Virus record (IMG/VR): IMGVR_UViG_3300047323_000304
Span: 129,898 to 193,897 of that record
Length of the DNA stretch: 64,000 bases
Reading direction: 5' to 3' (one strand)
Origin: a virus
Position 1 is the first letter of the stretch; each line of letters begins with the position of its first letter. The notes under the pieces were generated by a model that had not been told where the DNA came from, made no database searches, and worked only from the letters and a program-made list of their open reading frames with translations. Shown here one piece after another: positions 30,339 to 41,655 of the stretch. The position numbers and the translations under genes were made by a program.

Positions 30339-31235
30339 TTATAATTTTAAAACTGCTTCAACATCATATCCGAACTCAGCACACCAATTTCTAACCATTA
30401 ATTCCATCTGTCTTAATTCTTCATTGTCTAAAGTATCAATTAAATACTCATACTTTTTCTTTACTCTATTTTTAACGTTAATATGTAATTTGTAATTTGC
30501 AATCGTCCACACATATTTCCAACAAGCCTTGAAATTTTGATGATATCTTTTATCAGCCATAAATCTAACTATTCTATTTATAACTAATCTAGTATCTTGA
30601 ATAGTTACCGCATTAGTAGTAATAGTCTTATTAATATTCTCTAATTCTTTTATTCTTCTAGTCCTCATTCCAATGAGTTCAGTTTTTAATTGACTTTCTT
30701 TTGGATAATCTCCATCATACATAGCCTGTGCCATTTCTTGCATAATCATTTGTTCGTTTCTTATTTCATTCACTACATTATTTATAATTTGTGGTTGTTG
30801 CTTTTCTACATCTTGTATAATATCTAAAAGCCTTGTCCTAATTTCTTTTGCAACTTCTGAATCTCTCAATAACATACCCATTCTTAAGATAGATCGCTTA
30901 GAGAATAATATATTATTTCTATTTGCAAACCTTTGTCCTTCAGCCATGAAATAACCTTTAAAGTTAGTAAGTAAAATTGAATTACTTACTAAAAATTCTT
31001 TTGTTTCTTTACCTGATAAATTCATCATACCATCTTTTTCAAATTCATCTCTATTATTATGTAATTGCATTTTAATAGTTCCTAATTCTACTTTGAAATA
31101 ATTTGCAACTTGTTCTGTAGTAGCATGATTAGTGCTTGGTAATAGCAATAATGTTCCAACCCTATCTAGTATGTCTATTCTGTCAATCATTTCTTCTCGT
31201 CTCTCCTTGTTTTCTAATAGTTCTAATTCAATCAT
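30339..31235 (-). CDS. phage DNA-binding/antirepressor-like protein
   Basis: TTEQVANYFKV..LFSKRSILRMGMLLRDSEVAKEIR. Confidence 0.6.
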   Translation of the reverse strand: MIELELLENKERREEMIDRIDILDRVGTLLLLPSTNHATTEQVANYFKVELGTIKMQLHNNRDEFEKDGMMNLSGKETKEFLVSNSILLTNFKGYFMAEGQRFANRNNILFSKRSILRMGMLLRDSEVAKEIRTRLLDIIQDVEKQQPQIINNVVNEIRNEQMIMQEMAQAMYDGDYPKESQLKTELIGMRTRRIKELENINKTITTNAVTIQDTRLVINRIVRFMADKRYHQNFKACWKYVWTIANYKLHINVKNRVKKKYEYLIDTLDNEELRQMELMVRNWCAEFGYDVEAVLKL

Positions 31236-31593
31236 TTTATATTCTCAATCCCTCTTTCATATAATTATTTTTTTATTTTAGTGGTCTGTTATAATGGTGT
31301 CACTTAACCAAGTTTAATACTTTATAATTTATCTTCCTTGTAAAATAGGTTTTTTACAAAGAAAAGAATATATATTCCTCCATGCTCTCAATCACTAATC
31401 AAAATTAAATTCTTCAGCACAACCTTGACATAATACATTTTTTCATTTTCCTCCATTATAATCTTACAAGTTTATACTTTTCTGCTTTGGAGTTTCTTTT
31501 TAATTTGCTATTTTATATCACTCTATTTATTTACAAATAAAATCTAAAACTTTATTTGTAAATAAATAGAGAAACAATAGTCTATAAATATTA

Positions 31594-32247
31594 TTATTTA
31601 TATCTAAACTCCTTACTTTTATCATTATTTTCATAATCCATCAATCCAAATATTATTTTATCATAATTATCTTTACTATATTTATTGCTTATTTCATCTT
31701 TTGTCATATTTTTTAAATCTTCATAATTATCTTCTATGATTGGGTCTAACATAAATTTATCTTTAATAATATTGTTTATATTATAATAACGTTTTTCAAT
31801 ACTCTCAAGCAATCTTCTTAGTTTATACTGCCATAAAACATTATGATAATCTCTTCTGTTATCTTTTAATTTATAGATATCACTAGGTATAGTAGTTCCT
31901 GAAGGATTATAAAAAATATCTAATTTAAACCATGAAGATAATCCAGTTTCTCCATATGACATACCTAAATAATCTTTAGCTAAATCATATTTACTATGAG
32001 AAATACGACCTAGTTCATCATATTTATCCCATAAACAGTATATATCTTCAATAACAGATTTATTCCATAAATCGTACAAACTCATATCTTCATTCTCAAA
32101 TTCTTCTCTAGTAAAGGTGGCTGTTGCATATACAAATGGAATTTTATTGGCTGATGTTGTAGTTGGAACAAATCTCATTGTATAAATTCCATCTCCATAT
32201 ATTTCACTACTTAAATAACCTTCTTTATTTATTGTTACTTTATTCAT
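31594..32247 (-). CDS. hypothetical phage protein
   Basis: 217-aa ORF behind a strong promoter. Confidence 0.7.
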   Translation of the reverse strand: MNKVTINKEGYLSSEIYGDGIYTMRFVPTTTSANKIPFVYATATFTREEFENEDMSLYDLWNKSVIEDIYCLWDKYDELGRISHSKYDLAKDYLGMSYGETGLSSWFKLDIFYNPSGTTIPSDIYKLKDNRRDYHNVLWQYKLRRLLESIEKRYYNINNIIKDKFMLDPIIEDNYEDLKNMTKDEISNKYSKDNYDKIIFGLMDYENNDKSKEFRYK

Positions 32248-32352
32248 AATATAAACCCCACCTTTAATTTATTAATTATTACTATATATTAACAATATTA
32301 TACACCTTATAATACTTGAAAGTCAATAATTTCTTAATTATATATTTTTAAT

Positions 32353-32547
32353 TTATTTTTCCATCATTTCTAAAAATGAATCTGATTGAATAGATAAGAA
32401 TGCTTCATCACCAATACTAAAAATAGTTGCTAATTGATTCCAATTTTTATCATAGTACTCATAACCATTCTTAATGTGTTTTCTTGTAACATTACCTTCT
32501 ATAATCATTTTATCTAATATTTTTTCTGCTTTGATATAAGATTCCAT
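32353..32547 (-). CDS. hypothetical phage protein
   Basis: short ORF with AGGAG RBS. Confidence 0.6.
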   Translation of the reverse strand: MESYIKAEKILDKMIIEGNVTRKHIKNGYEYYDKNWNQLATIFSIGDEAFLSIQSDSFLEMMEK

Positions 32548-32739
32548 TGTTTTTACTCCTTCCGCAATTGATAATTATTTTATTCTCTGTCGGTATGTAT
32601 TTCTTATCCTTTATCTTGATATAAGTATACCATGAAAGACAATACATTGCAATAAAATAAAAAGAATATTCACTAAATAATTCGACAAAACATGATAAAA
32701 TAAATTTATAATAAAATAGGCTAGTTAATTATTTCTAGC

Positions 32740-33557
32740 CTATTCTTCATACTCATCTAAAAACTTCCATTCCAATCGTTCTCCATTTTTAGAATTCGTA
32801 GTATATCCAATGCCTTTTTTACAACAACGTAACACGTTATCAGGCGTTGTGCCATAATAATTTCCAGCTTTTGTTATACTATCAAATTCTTTACCAGTTG
32901 TTATACAAATAACTTTTCTTTGTATAGAATATCCTATATTGGGTTTAAATAAATCACTTTCGTTTTCAGAGTCTACTATATATAAATTTGCTATAGAATT
33001 GTTAAGTATATCATTATCCTTATATCCTATTATTGTATCTATAGTCATTTGTGTATATGGATTAAAAGCTCTGTATAATACATGAGATAATAAGAATGTC
33101 TTATTTTTCCCATTTCCATCACTTAACGTAACTCTAATAAGACCATCTTTTGCAGACCTTTTATTTATAAACTTAAATGGAGTTTTTGTTATTGGTTTAT
33201 TAGTATTTATATTTATATATCTTTACAAAGATACTACATCACCTTTATTAGAAACCTTATATCTGCCCTCATAACCTATAATATCTTTCCATACTCTATC
33301 TTTTAGTAAATATTTTTCGTTTGCTTTTTCTATGGAATCTAAAGATTGCTCAATATCATCACCAAAAAATACTATTTTCTCTTTACATTTATTACAATTA
33401 AATAATGTTAGTTTCTTTTTTAAAATACGAATTCTTCTAAATCTTCATTTTTATACTTTGAATTACAATGAATACATTTATCAGGATAAGTATTATTTGA
33501 TTTTATATTTACTGCTTCTAGTAGTCTAATCACTTCTTGTCTTTCTTTTTTCTGCAT
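32740..33557 (-). pseudogene. disrupted NUMOD4/NUMOD1 endonuclease-type gene
   Basis: WKDIIGYEGRYKVSNKG (NUMOD4) and KVICITTGKEFDSI (NUMOD1); frameshift and stop at 33420-33422; in-frame TAA at 33223-33225. Confidence 0.75.
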
Positions 33558-33765
33558 ATTATTTCTCCTTAATTATATTGTAATATTTTTATTAACATAT
33601 AAACATTATACTTGTTATTAGTAGTATGTTCAAAATACTTTTAATTATATCCAACAAAAGATGATAAAAGAAGCCTTTTATGTTAACTCATTATATAGTA
33701 TTGATTAACTTATACTTATAAATAAAAAGAACTGATCTTCACCAGTTCAACTTTAAGTATACAAT

Positions 33766-34128
33766 TTATGAGAAATTTTCTATCAATCCTTTATCCAAAC
33801 AACTTGCAAAGCATTTTGTTGTGTAACTTGCTTCCTGAATTTCATTAGTACTATTTTCTTCCTCATATCTATAATCTACAACATTTATATCTATAGCCAT
33901 TTGAAAATCAAAATCTCCTGCAACAAAACTTTGAATATAATATCTTTTATCATTAATATCTGCATATGTTATTAAATCATCTATGAAATTATATTTACTA
34001 CCATACTTTCTCATTATATTTTTTACTTTTGTTTTATAACTCTTGTATTTTATTTCACCTTTTTCTAATTGTGAATACACTTGCTTTACTTCTATTAAGG
34101 CATACCTTTTAGCAGTTTTATAGTCCAT
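33766..34128 (-). CDS. hypothetical phage protein
   Basis: ORF with GAGGT RBS. Confidence 0.65.
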   Translation of the reverse strand: MDYKTAKRYALIEVKQVYSQLEKGEIKYKSYKTKVKNIMRKYGSKYNFIDDLITYADINDKRYYIQSFVAGDFDFQMAIDINVVDYRYEEENSTNEIQEASYTTKCFASCLDKGLIENFS

Positions 34129-34287
34129 AATTTAAACCTCACACATATTTATTTATACTTTATTATATGATATATTTAATAAAATATTACCCCTTTTGAT
34201 AAAATAAAAACAATATGAGAAAGTAAAATTATAGTTTTAATAACTGTTATTATAAGACCAAGAACTATTGATTTAGTTCTTGCTTAA

Positions 34288-35091
34288 CTACATTACTTTT
34301 GATTCTTCTTTAACTTTTATTTTATATTCTATTGATTCTTTAAAATCATTACTAGATATATACTTTAATATATCCTCAGTACCCTTATTTGTGTTAGGTA
34401 GTTTTATACCAGTTATATGATAGAACACTTTTCTTGAAGCTGAATTATGAGTTCCTAACCATTCTATTAATTTATTTTTGCATTTATCATTATCGATATT
34501 ATCTATTAGAGTCAAAATCATTTTACATGACCTTTCTGGATAATCTCCAAACATATCAATATAAATAAGTTTTGCAGTTTCTAAATTTTCAGAATTACTA
34601 TATAATTTCCATTCTGATTCTATCCAAATTTTAAAATCATTTTCTTCTTTTTCTTTTCTTAATTTCTCTTGATATTCATTTTCTGCTTTTTCAGCTTCAA
34701 GTGCTTTAATATTTTTTATTTTATTATCTTCTAATGCTTCTAATTCTCTTACTTTTTCAATTGTAGTTATATCATTATTAATTAACCATGTAGCAAAATC
34801 ATATTCAATTTTTATAATTTCATAATAAGAATCGTCTTCTGATTTTAATTTATATAATGTTTTTGGTTTTGTATATCCATCTATTTTACTACTATAATAA
34901 CTATAGTTTTCTTCTAATTCTAGTTTTAATCCTTCTACTATTCTATTGATTATGAATTCATATCTATGTAATATAACTCCGTCATATCTGTATTGTTTAT
35001 CTAAAGTATTAATAAGCTTAGCTTTTCTCATTTCGCTTAGTTCATTTCCATAACCTAAGATATTTTTAACTTTTATCATTTTAAAAACCAC
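34288..35091 (-). CDS. hypothetical phage protein
   Basis: 267-aa ORF. Confidence 0.7.
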   Translation of the reverse strand: MVFKMIKVKNILGYGNELSEMRKAKLINTLDKQYRYDGVILHRYEFIINRIVEGLKLELEENYSYYSSKIDGYTKPKTLYKLKSEDDSYYEIIKIEYDFATWLINNDITTIEKVRELEALEDNKIKNIKALEAEKAENEYQEKLRKEKEENDFKIWIESEWKLYSNSENLETAKLIYIDMFGDYPERSCKMILTLIDNIDNDKCKNKLIEWLGTHNSASRKVFYHITGIKLPNTNKGTEDILKYISSNDFKESIEYKIKVKEESKVM

Positions 35092-35289
35092 CTCTATATT
35101 AATTATATTTTATTTAATGCTCTGTTTTTATGTTTTTCATTAACCTATGATTTAATTATATACTATCATAATTTGTTTGTCTATAGTTTTAGCAATAAAA
35201 TAAAAATAATATTACAAGCAATTAAAAGATTAATTTTATTTAAAGTCAAAAAAAGGAACTGAAATAGTTCCTTTAATTTTGTTTCTATA

Positions 35290-37320
35290 TTACCATAGAA
35301 ATCCTATATTATCTAGTTTTTGAACTCTTTCTTTTTTCATATCTCCTTTTTTATAACTTTTTCTTTGTGTTATTGTCCAAGTTCCTAGTTTTATAGAATT
35401 AAATATACAATTTTTAGATATTTTAATTGTATTATATTGTTCTTTATATTTAATCAAACAATCATACATGATATCCCATTGATAATCTCTAATATCCCAC
35501 ACAAAACCTATTTCATTTAGTTTTTTAATTCTCTCATCTTTGTTATTGATATCTTTATTAATTACTTTTCTTTGCCAACCTACCCAATTACCTAATTTTT
35601 CATCTTTATAGATGTATTTATCTGGTACATTACAATCACCATATTCTTTCTTATATTCTTTTAATAATTCATACATAGTATTCCACTTATCATCTTTTTC
35701 ACCTAATGAAAAATTTATCTTTTTTAGTTTTTCTAATCGTTCATCATCTAATTTGTTATTTTTAAAATCCAACCTTTGTCCTGATATCCATGAATATAAT
35801 TTTTGATTCTCTTTAGTCGACACATTACAATGCTTATATTTTTTATAATACTCAGTAAGGTATTCATACATTTGATTCCAATTCTCTTCTAACATATTCC
35901 ATATGAAATTAAGCTTATTTAACTTTTCAATTCTTTCTTTACTTAATATACCTTTATTATATTGTACTCGTTGATTTCTTACCCATATATAAAGTTTATT
36001 ACTATAATCACTGGTTATATTGCTATGATTATTTTTATTATAAAATTGACTAATTTCGTCATACATAGAATCCCAATTATCAATTAATTTTTCTTCTATA
36101 TTCTCAAACAAAGTTTTTGCTTCTTGTATTTCATCAAATATCATAAATTCATAAATATCTATGTTCTTAGTTGTTGATTTTTCAATATCATTCTCATCTT
36201 TTTCAATTATGGAATATTCTTTTAAATCATTAATAAATTTTTTCGCCCCAATATTATCAAAATTATTAACAAAATCAAATATTACTGGACTAATATCTTT
36301 TCCTACTTGTATTGCTCTCCCTATTTGTTGATAATAAATTATAGGAGATATTGTAGGTCTTAATAGAATTACTCCAGTTATATCTTTTATATGAATTCCT
36401 TCATTAAACATATCTATACTAAATAATATTTTAACTGTATTTATAGTATTGTCCATACGAAACTCTTCAACTTCATTATCAGTATTTATATACCCTGTGT
36501 ATGCTTTATAAATCTTAATGTCTTTAGATATTTGGGCATTTTTAAACCAGTCCACAACAATATTTATCATTTCATTGAGATGTTCTGCATTTTTACAAAA
36601 TACTATGAATTTATAATCATTATTATTTAAATGTTTCTTTAATATATTTGGTATGCCTTTGCTTAATTCAAGTTTATTTTTCATTTTTTCAATCTCTTTT
36701 AAAATTTCTTCCTTTTCATTTTCACTATTCTTACTATTTTCTACTTTATTTTTCAAACCATTAATTTCATCATTAAATGTATATAAAGCTGATACATATT
36801 TAGGCATTGGTAAAATATCTTTAATTATTGCTTCTGTTAAACTTAAATTAGTTACTATGTTGCCATTAAATAATTCTTCTGCCATATCTCTATTATTATC
36901 TAAAAATCTAATATTAGTTGCTGAAGTTCCTAATATTTTAGCATTGGGAAAGCTTTTAATTAAAGTATCAACTCCATTTCCCCATGATTCAGCACCACAT
37001 CTGTGAAATTCATCTAATATAATCATTGATGGATTTAAACTTTCAATTTCTTCATTTGTCATATATGATAATCTTGAGTATGTTAATAAATCAGTATTAT
37101 CTAGCTCTCCACCTTCACGTTCTAACTGTTCTAATATGTAAGTAGATGGAGCAATTACAACTTTCTTTTTATTAATAAAATCATATAGACACTTTAATAT
37201 TATATATGATTTTCCAGTTCCTGTGGCTTGAACTACTGCGACTTTGTTTGTAATTTTCCATGATTCTATAACTTTTTCATAAGTTTCGTAATTATGTTTA
37301 TATAATTTTATTTCTTTCAT
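35290..37320 (-). CDS. SF2 DEAD/DEAH-like helicase with C-terminal helicase-associated (HA) repeats
   Basis: ATGTGKS, DEFH, TSAT, LFSIDMFNEG, QQIGRA; four W..MY..L..Y...G.W...QR repeats. Confidence 0.88.
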   Translation of the reverse strand: MKEIKLYKHNYETYEKVIESWKITNKVAVVQATGTGKSYIILKCLYDFINKKKVVIAPSTYILEQLEREGGELDNTDLLTYSRLSYMTNEEIESLNPSMIILDEFHRCGAESWGNGVDTLIKSFPNAKILGTSATNIRFLDNNRDMAEELFNGNIVTNLSLTEAIIKDILPMPKYVSALYTFNDEINGLKNKVENSKNSENEKEEILKEIEKMKNKLELSKGIPNILKKHLNNNDYKFIVFCKNAEHLNEMINIVVDWFKNAQISKDIKIYKAYTGYINTDNEVEEFRMDNTINTVKILFSIDMFNEGIHIKDITGVILLRPTISPIIYYQQIGRAIQVGKDISPVIFDFVNNFDNIGAKKFINDLKEYSIIEKDENDIEKSTTKNIDIYEFMIFDEIQEAKTLFENIEEKLIDNWDSMYDEISQFYNKNNHSNITSDYSNKLYIWVRNQRVQYNKGILSKERIEKLNKLNFIWNMLEENWNQMYEYLTEYYKKYKHCNVSTKENQKLYSWISGQRLDFKNNKLDDERLEKLKKINFSLGEKDDKWNTMYELLKEYKKEYGDCNVPDKYIYKDEKLGNWVGWQRKVINKDINNKDERIKKLNEIGFVWDIRDYQWDIMYDCLIKYKEQYNTIKISKNCIFNSIKLGTWTITQRKSYKKGDMKKERVQKLDNIGFLW

Positions 37321-37593
37321 ATTTATTCACCCCTATATTGTTATATAATTATAATATCCAAATTTATCAATATTTATACTAAGCTCCAGTATATAGGTTT
37401 TATGTATCTTTGTTCTATAATAATATTAACATACTTTTTATTTTGTTACAATAGAATTTTTGAAATTATTTTTTATTCTCTATATTTTATTTAAACTATT
37501 AAGGATTATTTCACTTTAAATAAAACAATCCATTTACTGGGTTTTTATAAATGACTTATAATAACTCCATTTATAAGTACATAACACTCATTA

Positions 37594-38814
37594 CTAAGCA
37601 TTAACTCTTATTGGATGAAAATGTACACCCGCTATCCCATTGTCAAAAACGTTTGGGAATACTTTTTTAATTATATTATATGCTCCGTTGACATCGCTAT
37701 TAACTAAAATTCCATCATTAGATTTAAACAATCCTCTTACGATTCTTCTAGCTTTATTATAATTATCTTTTCCAATAGTCTCATTATCAATAAAACTGCA
37801 ACCACTTGTATAAGATTCCTCATTAGTTATTACACTGATCCCTATACTTTCTGCTTTATATTTAATCATACTTATAAACTTATCATAAGGTATTGAAATA
37901 AAGTTTTGATTGACACGTTTAATTAATTTACTTTCTTGTTTCCATGTTTTATTAAGTCCTATAACTATTGTTGTTATATCTAAACTTTCACAGTAATTAA
38001 TAATTGATTTACTTGCACAATGTAAATAATAGTCTATTTTGTTATCTCTATCTCTTTGTAGCTTATCCAATTTATTACTCCAGTCTTTACCATGTCTCTT
38101 CTTTAAATCAGCTTGAAGTTTTGATCTATTCTTATTATAGTATTGATTTATAGACTTAATAACTTTACCATTTATAACAATAGGTTTAACACCTATGTTA
38201 TTAACACATGTAGCTAAATTATCAACGCCTAAATCAATTCCTAGTATCTTATTATTAAATTCTTTTGGTTCTAGAATGTTGGTATCATAAACTATTTCTA
38301 ATACGTAGCTATTACCTTTTGGTATAACCCTAGTTTGAAGTAATTTATCAGTAACATTAGTTTTAAATAAATTATTTAATCCTTTAAGTGGAGTAAATGC
38401 AAAATATAAATAACCATCTTTAATGTGAGTTTGCATATTAGTTAACATAAATACATGTCTACCTTGTTTGTCTTTATATTTAGGTAATTTAGGTTTACCA
38501 AGATATTTACTAGGATTCTTTGACCAATCCTTAATTGCAACAAAAAATGATTTCCAATCCTTACACAATAATCTTAGTGTCATTTGTGCTGAATTACTTC
38601 CTATATCTTTGAATGCATCAGTATGTTTTAATTGTTTAGATAAATCTTCATATTTTAATATTGGTTCTTTATTAATAAATAATTGTCTTTGTGTGTAATT
38701 TGCTAAATTATAAATATTTTTAGCTTTGAAACAATATTCATCGAATAGCTTATAAGCTTTGTGATTTTTATTGATTGTATGTCTTTCAGTTCTTTGTGCT
38801 TTCATTAATTTCAC
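37594..38814 (-). CDS. tnpB: TnpB RNA-guided nuclease (IS200/IS605 family), no adjacent TnpA
   Basis: GIDLGVDNLA, IVIG.NKTWKQ, EESYTS, NSDVNGAYNI. Confidence 0.9.
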   Translation of the reverse strand: MKLMKAQRTERHTINKNHKAYKLFDEYCFKAKNIYNLANYTQRQLFINKEPILKYEDLSKQLKHTDAFKDIGSNSAQMTLRLLCKDWKSFFVAIKDWSKNPSKYLGKPKLPKYKDKQGRHVFMLTNMQTHIKDGYLYFAFTPLKGLNNLFKTNVTDKLLQTRVIPKGNSYVLEIVYDTNILEPKEFNNKILGIDLGVDNLATCVNNIGVKPIVINGKVIKSINQYYNKNRSKLQADLKKRHGKDWSNKLDKLQRDRDNKIDYYLHCASKSIINYCESLDITTIVIGLNKTWKQESKLIKRVNQNFISIPYDKFISMIKYKAESIGISVITNEESYTSGCSFIDNETIGKDNYNKARRIVRGLFKSNDGILVNSDVNGAYNIIKKVFPNVFDNGIAGVHFHPIRVNA

Positions 38815-38842
38815 CTCCCCACAATAATTCTTTATTTATTAT

Positions 38843-39475
38843 TTAAGCCGTCTTTTTATTTAATATTTCATAGGTATTAATAAACCATTCATGCTCTGTT
38901 TTACACCAGTCGTTTTTTAAATTTTCACTTGTATTTTTTATTTGATTATTAAAGTATCTAAGCATTCTATCTCTATCATCAAATGTTAAAAATAACTGCC
39001 AATTACCTAGTTTCTTACATGAGGTATAAGTATAAACATCATATGAGTTATTGTATTCTATAACTTTCCACCCATTTATTATTTCATTATCAACTTCAAA
39101 ATAAGTTTCACATAATTTATTATTTATTTTATCTTGTTCATTTGATTTATTATCTGAAATTTCTTCTTGATTTTCCCAAGCTGGTTTCCATCCATTTGCA
39201 AGTTCTTTTACTGTAACTCTGCAATCTCCTTCTTTACTTTGAGTAACATCAATAGTAGCAATTTTTTCTGTATTACTTAATTTTTCAAAAATCATATTTT
39301 TACATTTTAATATTATGATTCCAGTTTTGTTTTCAATTGATTTACTTAATGTTTTATAATCCACGTTTTCAGCTAAACCTTGAACTGGTTTTCCTTCTAT
39401 CTCCATAACTGCATAATACTTATTTTCACTATTTTTTACTACTTTACAAAACCATCTATTCATATTAATTACCAC
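38843..39475 (-). CDS. hypothetical phage protein
   Basis: 210-aa ORF behind a promoter. Confidence 0.65.
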   Translation of the reverse strand: MVINMNRWFCKVVKNSENKYYAVMEIEGKPVQGLAENVDYKTLSKSIENKTGIIILKCKNMIFEKLSNTEKIATIDVTQSKEGDCRVTVKELANGWKPAWENQEEISDNKSNEQDKINNKLCETYFEVDNEIINGWKVIEYNNSYDVYTYTSCKKLGNWQLFLTFDDRDRMLRYFNNQIKNTSENLKNDWCKTEHEWFINTYEILNKKTA

Positions 39476-39724
39476 CTTTTATTATATTTAATTTATTTAT
39501 TAAGTTCTTTTTATTATGTATGTCTTCCATATATTTATAATAACATTATTTATAATTTATTGCAATACCTTTTTCAAAATTCTTTTTAATTTATTTTATA
39601 CACGCTATAAATATACTCTTAAATGGCTTAAATACTAGCTTAAACTTACGATAAAAGTTGACTTTTATTTGGTTATTTTTGGAAGTCAAAGGCTAGATAT
39701 TAATTCAGCCTTTGACTATTATAT

Positions 39725-40279
39725 TTAACTTGCTTTTAACGATTCAAATGTTTCAATCATTTCTTTGTATGAATCTTCTAATTGTTTCTCTTTAAACATA
39801 ATCATATTTAATTTTGCATCATTTAACGCTTCTTCTTCTGTTGATCCATGAGCAATTGAAATTCCTGATTTCAAATCTATTATAAACCATTTATCTTGTT
39901 TTTCATATGTATCCTCATTATTCTCATATATTCCGAATATCATACTTTCTATTTTAACTTCTTTTCCTTTTACAGTTTCTAAGTACATTCCTTTTTTATA
40001 TTTAACAACTTCAATTTTAATTTCTTTTACAGTTTCGTCTTCTATTATATTAATTCCTTGGATAATGAAATGTTTATTTAGGTAATACTTTTGTAATTCG
40101 TCCAAACTTCCAAAAATCTCTTGAGATATTTTTTCACCGTCTTTTATTTTATTGATTATATATTCAAACCATTCACCTTCAAATTGATTTTTTAAAATAT
40201 CAGAAAAATTAATTCCTGCTTCGATACATTCTTTTTCTATTTCACTTACATATTGTTGTTTAGTTTTCATTTTAATCAT
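39725..40279 (-). CDS. hypothetical phage protein
   Basis: 184-aa ORF with terminator. Confidence 0.7.
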   Translation of the reverse strand: MIKMKTKQQYVSEIEKECIEAGINFSDILKNQFEGEWFEYIINKIKDGEKISQEIFGSLDELQKYYLNKHFIIQGINIIEDETVKEIKIEVVKYKKGMYLETVKGKEVKIESMIFGIYENNEDTYEKQDKWFIIDLKSGISIAHGSTEEEALNDAKLNMIMFKEKQLEDSYKEMIETFESLKAS

Positions 40280-40439
40280 TCTCCTTATTCTTTATATTTT
40301 ATTATATGTATTCCATGTATTAAATATAACATAGGTAATTATATATTTCAAGTATTATTTTTAATTTATCTTAATTCTATGAACCATAATGTTAAAAAGT
40401 CTTAAATCTATGAACTTTATTTCTTCTCAATACAAGTCA

Positions 40440-40690
40440 TATACACACTTTTCACACCAACTTACATATTAGTATTACTTCAGTTCCGTATAGTGTTAGA
40501 TAGGTTGTAAAGTGTGTTAAAATTAATTAGTTAGTATAATATAAAAAAATAGTAAATTAGTTAAAGGTTTAAAAAGAAAAAAGTTAAGTAAAGATTTATT
40601 TGTATGACAACTTGCTTGGCATACAAGACCGAGGAGAACGGCACGTTCGGGCTGGTCTAAGCCTACTCTCCTATAGTCTTGTTATGTATT
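40440..40690. other. candidate replication origin downstream of the rep-like gene
   Basis: ACACACTTT/AAAGTGTGT inverted repeat (40443/40509), AT-rich tract with AGTTA repeats, GC-rich hairpins at 40599-40682. Confidence 0.4.
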
Positions 40691-41618
40691 AAAGTTTAAA
40701 TAAATTGATTAAGTAGTTTAATTCCTCTATTCTGTTACCTTTATAATATATTAATGGATTAATTATAAAGAATTTCTTTCCATAGTCCTCTATTAATAAA
40801 GTAGTTTTCTTTCCTCCAATGAATATATTTAATAATTGTTTCTTTAAAGTAGTTGTATTTTTATTTGTGTATTGATTAAAACTTTCTGATAACTCTTTTA
40901 GTGTTAGTGGTTCTATGTCCTCCATTAATGAGCAACTTGGATTTTTACAAATAACATTATATTTAAAATGTATATATGGCAATAGTTCAATAAATAAAGA
41001 TAGCTTTTTATGTTCCCTTGGAGTAGATCCTAAATATAATTCTTTTATAGTTTCTTTAAATATTCTTGTGTAGTCTTGTTTATAGTTTCCTTTTGAAATT
41101 TTCCCAATAAAGCTAACATTATTATTAACTATAATATTTTTATCACTATCAATAGATATTAAATTATTTTCTAATAAGATATTTTTTGTTTTGTAACATT
41201 CAACTTTTTTAAGTTTTAATAGTTCCATTAAATCACCCTCTTTAATAAGTTTGTATCTATTGTTTTCTTGTTGAACTTGTATTCTATTATCATTATACTT
41301 TAGATAGCAACATAAATATATAAATCTAAATTTGTATTGTCGGTCAATGTCAGAAGGAATATTATTATAAAAGTTAAAATAGAATCTCCCTAACTTTTCT
41401 TTTAAGGCTTGTTCAAATTCTGATATCTCCTTTCTAATTTCAATTCCTTTTTTACTTTGCTCAGCTTGTTCTGTATTAGCTTTTGCGTTGGTCTTTAGTA
41501 TTTGTTCTTTAATGGTATTTAAAGCGTCCTCATGAATCTCTACCACTTCACCATCTTTAGTTATTGCATTTGATTGTATAATCGTTTCTATAGCCTGTAA
41601 ATTGTCTTTAATGTTAAT
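40689..41618 (-). CDS. putative replication initiator (Firmicute phage/plasmid Rep-like, wHTH)
   Basis: YTRIF..LY..LLPYIHFKYNVIC.NP..FFIINPLIYY; frame stays open upstream of the GTG at 41546 to an ATT at 41618 with a GAAGGT RBS. Confidence 0.6.
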   Translation of the reverse strand: MNIKDNLQAIETIIQSNAITKDGEVVEIHEDALNTIKEQILKTNAKANTEQAEQSKKGIEIRKEISEFEQALKEKLGRFYFNFYNNIPSDIDRQYKFRFIYLCCYLKYNDNRIQVQQENNRYKLIKEGDLMELLKLKKVECYKTKNILLENNLISIDSDKNIIVNNNVSFIGKISKGNYKQDYTRIFKETIKELYLGSTPREHKKLSLFIELLPYIHFKYNVICKNPSCSLMEDIEPLTLKELSESFNQYTNKNTTTLKKQLLNIFIGGKKTTLLIEDYGKKFFIINPLIYYKGNRIEELNYLINLFKL

Positions 41619-41655
41619 TGTTATTACCTTCTTTCTGTATTATATTCTCTTTAAT

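Noticed and set aside
31490-31575. Long AT-rich inverted repeat TATTTATTTACAAATAAA/TTTATTTGTAAATAAATA
   Set aside because: Its position after the 31594 stop is adequately explained as a terminator.
33410-33430. TTTTAAAAAAG as a programmed -1 frameshift
   Set aside because: The stop precedes the A-AAA-AAG heptamer in frame, and a second in-frame stop lies downstream, so this is a pseudogene.
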